From positions 14,172 to 78,171 of the forward strand of contig DGEC01000041.1 in NCBI GenBank assembly GCA_002385745.1: a stretch of DNA of 64,000 nucleotides, given 5' to 3'. Source of the stretch: Firmicutes bacterium UBA3936 (GTDB lineage Bacteria; Bacillota; Dethiobacteria; Dethiobacterales; Dethiobacteraceae). The notes beneath the pieces are model-generated. The model saw nothing but the letters and a program-made list of their open reading frames with translations. It was not told the DNA's origin and made no database searches. The translations under genes were made by a program, and so were the position numbers. Shown piece after piece: positions 63,145 through 64,000 of this stretch (positions are counted from its first letter, which is position 1; each line of letters opens with the position of its first letter).

Positions 63145-63903
63145 CTAAGCCCCCTCCCCCAGGTAGGCTTCGATCACCCGTTTGTTGTTCTTTATTTCTT
63201 CCGGAGTCCCGTGAGCTATTACTTTGCCGTAGTCAAGGACGTAAATACGCTCACAAATACCCATAACCAAAGACATATCGTGTTCAATCAATAAAATGGT
63301 CAGGTCAAAGAGCTCGCGAATTTTTTCTATCAGAGCCATTAAATCTTTAGTCTCCAAAGGATTCATTCCGGCTGCAGGCTCATCAAGCAAAAGTATTTTT
63401 GGCTTTGCCGCCAGAGCGCGGACGATTTCCAGCCGGCGCTGCTCCCCGTAAGGCAGGCTGCTGGCCTGCTCGTCCTTTTTATCATCAAGGTTAAACATTT
63501 CCAACAATTCTATGGCTTTTTCAGTCATCTGCTTTTCGCCCTGATAGTAGCTGCGCAAGCGCAAAAGCGTGCTGGGCAGTGAGTAGCTGCTATGCCAGTG
63601 GGAAGCTATTTTCACATTATCCAGGACTGAAAGGGAATCAAAGAGGCGAATATTTTGAAAGGTTCTTGCCATTCCTCTGGCCGTAATCTGGTAGGGCTTT
63701 TTGCCTACAATCGACTCTCCCTCCAAAATTATTTCACCCTCTGTTGGCAGGTAGATCCCTGTGAGTAAATTAAAGACTGTTGTTTTCCCCGCGCCGTTAG
63801 GACCAATAAGTCCTACCAGTTCACCATGCCTCAATTCCAAATCCAGGTTGGATACAGCTGCTAAACCCCCGAAAGCTTTAGTCAGACGTTTTGTCATTAA
63901 CAT
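63145..63903 (-). CDS. livG: branched-chain amino acid ABC transporter ATP-binding protein LivG
   Basis: GPNGAGKTT, LPYGEQRRLEI, LLLLDEPAAGMNP. Confidence 0.85.
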   Translation of the reverse strand: MLMTKRLTKAFGGLAAVSNLDLELRHGELVGLIGPNGAGKTTVFNLLTGIYLPTEGEIILEGESIVGKKPYQITARGMARTFQNIRLFDSLSVLDNVKIASHWHSSYSLPSTLLRLRSYYQGEKQMTEKAIELLEMFNLDDKKDEQASSLPYGEQRRLEIVRALAAKPKILLLDEPAAGMNPLETKDLMALIEKIRELFDLTILLIEHDMSLVMGICERIYVLDYGKVIAHGTPEEIKNNKRVIEAYLGEGA

Positions 63904-64000
63904 TGGCTGATCCTCCCCTTTCTTTCCCCCCGAAAAGACGCTTGAAGGTCAATTCTTTTGTGCCCATTAAGCCCTGGGGACGGAAAACCATGATAATAAC
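63878..64000 (-). CDS. livM: branched-chain amino acid ABC permease LivM, C-terminal fragment (5' end beyond window)
   Basis: Not in the ORF track. The reverse frame reads VIIMVFRPQGLMGTKELTFKRLFGGK...*, a typical LivM C-terminus. The stop overlaps the livG start. Confidence 0.6.
   Translation of the reverse strand, partial: VIIMVFRPQGLMGTKELTFKRLFGGKERGGSANVNDKTSD

Noticed and set aside
1-64000. CRISPR arrays, IS elements or transposases, integrases, tRNA/rRNA genes, prophage blocks, toxin-antitoxin pairs and recognisable defence systems.
   Set aside because: None were found. There are no spaced direct-repeat arrays, no transposase-, integrase- or nuclease-like ORFs and no cloverleaf-like intergenic segments. 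Synteny matches a conserved Firmicute core region.

Overview
This 64-kb window looks like it comes from a spore-forming, strictly anaerobic Firmicute; the taxon (Peptococcaceae- or Negativicutes-like) is only a guess. It is about 90% coding and mostly on the minus strand. Main blocks:
- 1-5.7 kb: a corrinoid-dependent methyl-transfer (O-demethylase-like) cluster. It has three URO-D-family methyltransferase paralogues, one corrinoid protein, a methyl-THF methyltransferase and two short SD-preceded ORFs.
- 5.9-12.8 kb: sspH, an SLH-anchored alkaline phosphatase, PucR and TetR regulators, a FAD/Rieske oxidoreductase and a divergent LspA-like protein.
- 12.9-16.8 kb: a split transketolase co-oriented with an activase-less 2-hydroxyacyl-CoA-dehydratase-like pair.
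- 17-23.3 kb: pncA-like, a lipoprotein, ttcA, mgtE behind an M-box, and cbiB-cobD.
- 23.5-43.7 kb: the conserved Firmicute core: ppdK, PDRP, ccpN, glyQS with a T-box, DUF4342, recO, era, cdd, DUF881, dgkA, ybeY, pgpH, phoH, yqfD, yqfC, yqfB-like, floA, nfeD and rpsU.
- 43.8-53.8 kb: HIT, a duplicated P-loop protein, a BceRS-BceAB-type module, an FGE-domain protein, a MATE pump and a CD3324/Mor-like gene.
- 54-60.5 kb: an atypical orphan response regulator plus a HydC / NuoF::GltD fusion / HydA-like locus.
- 60.8-64 kb: a beta-lactamase-like hydrolase, acuB-like, livFG and a partial livM.

I saw no rRNA, tRNA, CRISPR array, IS element or prophage. The strongest candidates for new biology are:
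1. The hydrogenase-module locus, which has a second NADPH-type flavin module, a Cys-to-Ser change in H-cluster motif L1, and a neighbouring regulator with Glu at the phospho-acceptor position.
2. A multilayer mgtE leader: M-box, then a 30-codon Pro-containing ORF, then an anti-SD hairpin.
3. A conserved about 45-aa tail that is fused to one methyltransferase paralogue and encoded as a separate in-frame ORF behind a TAA in another.
4. A ccpN homologue with no canonical start codon.

All family calls come from reading motifs by eye; no database search was run.
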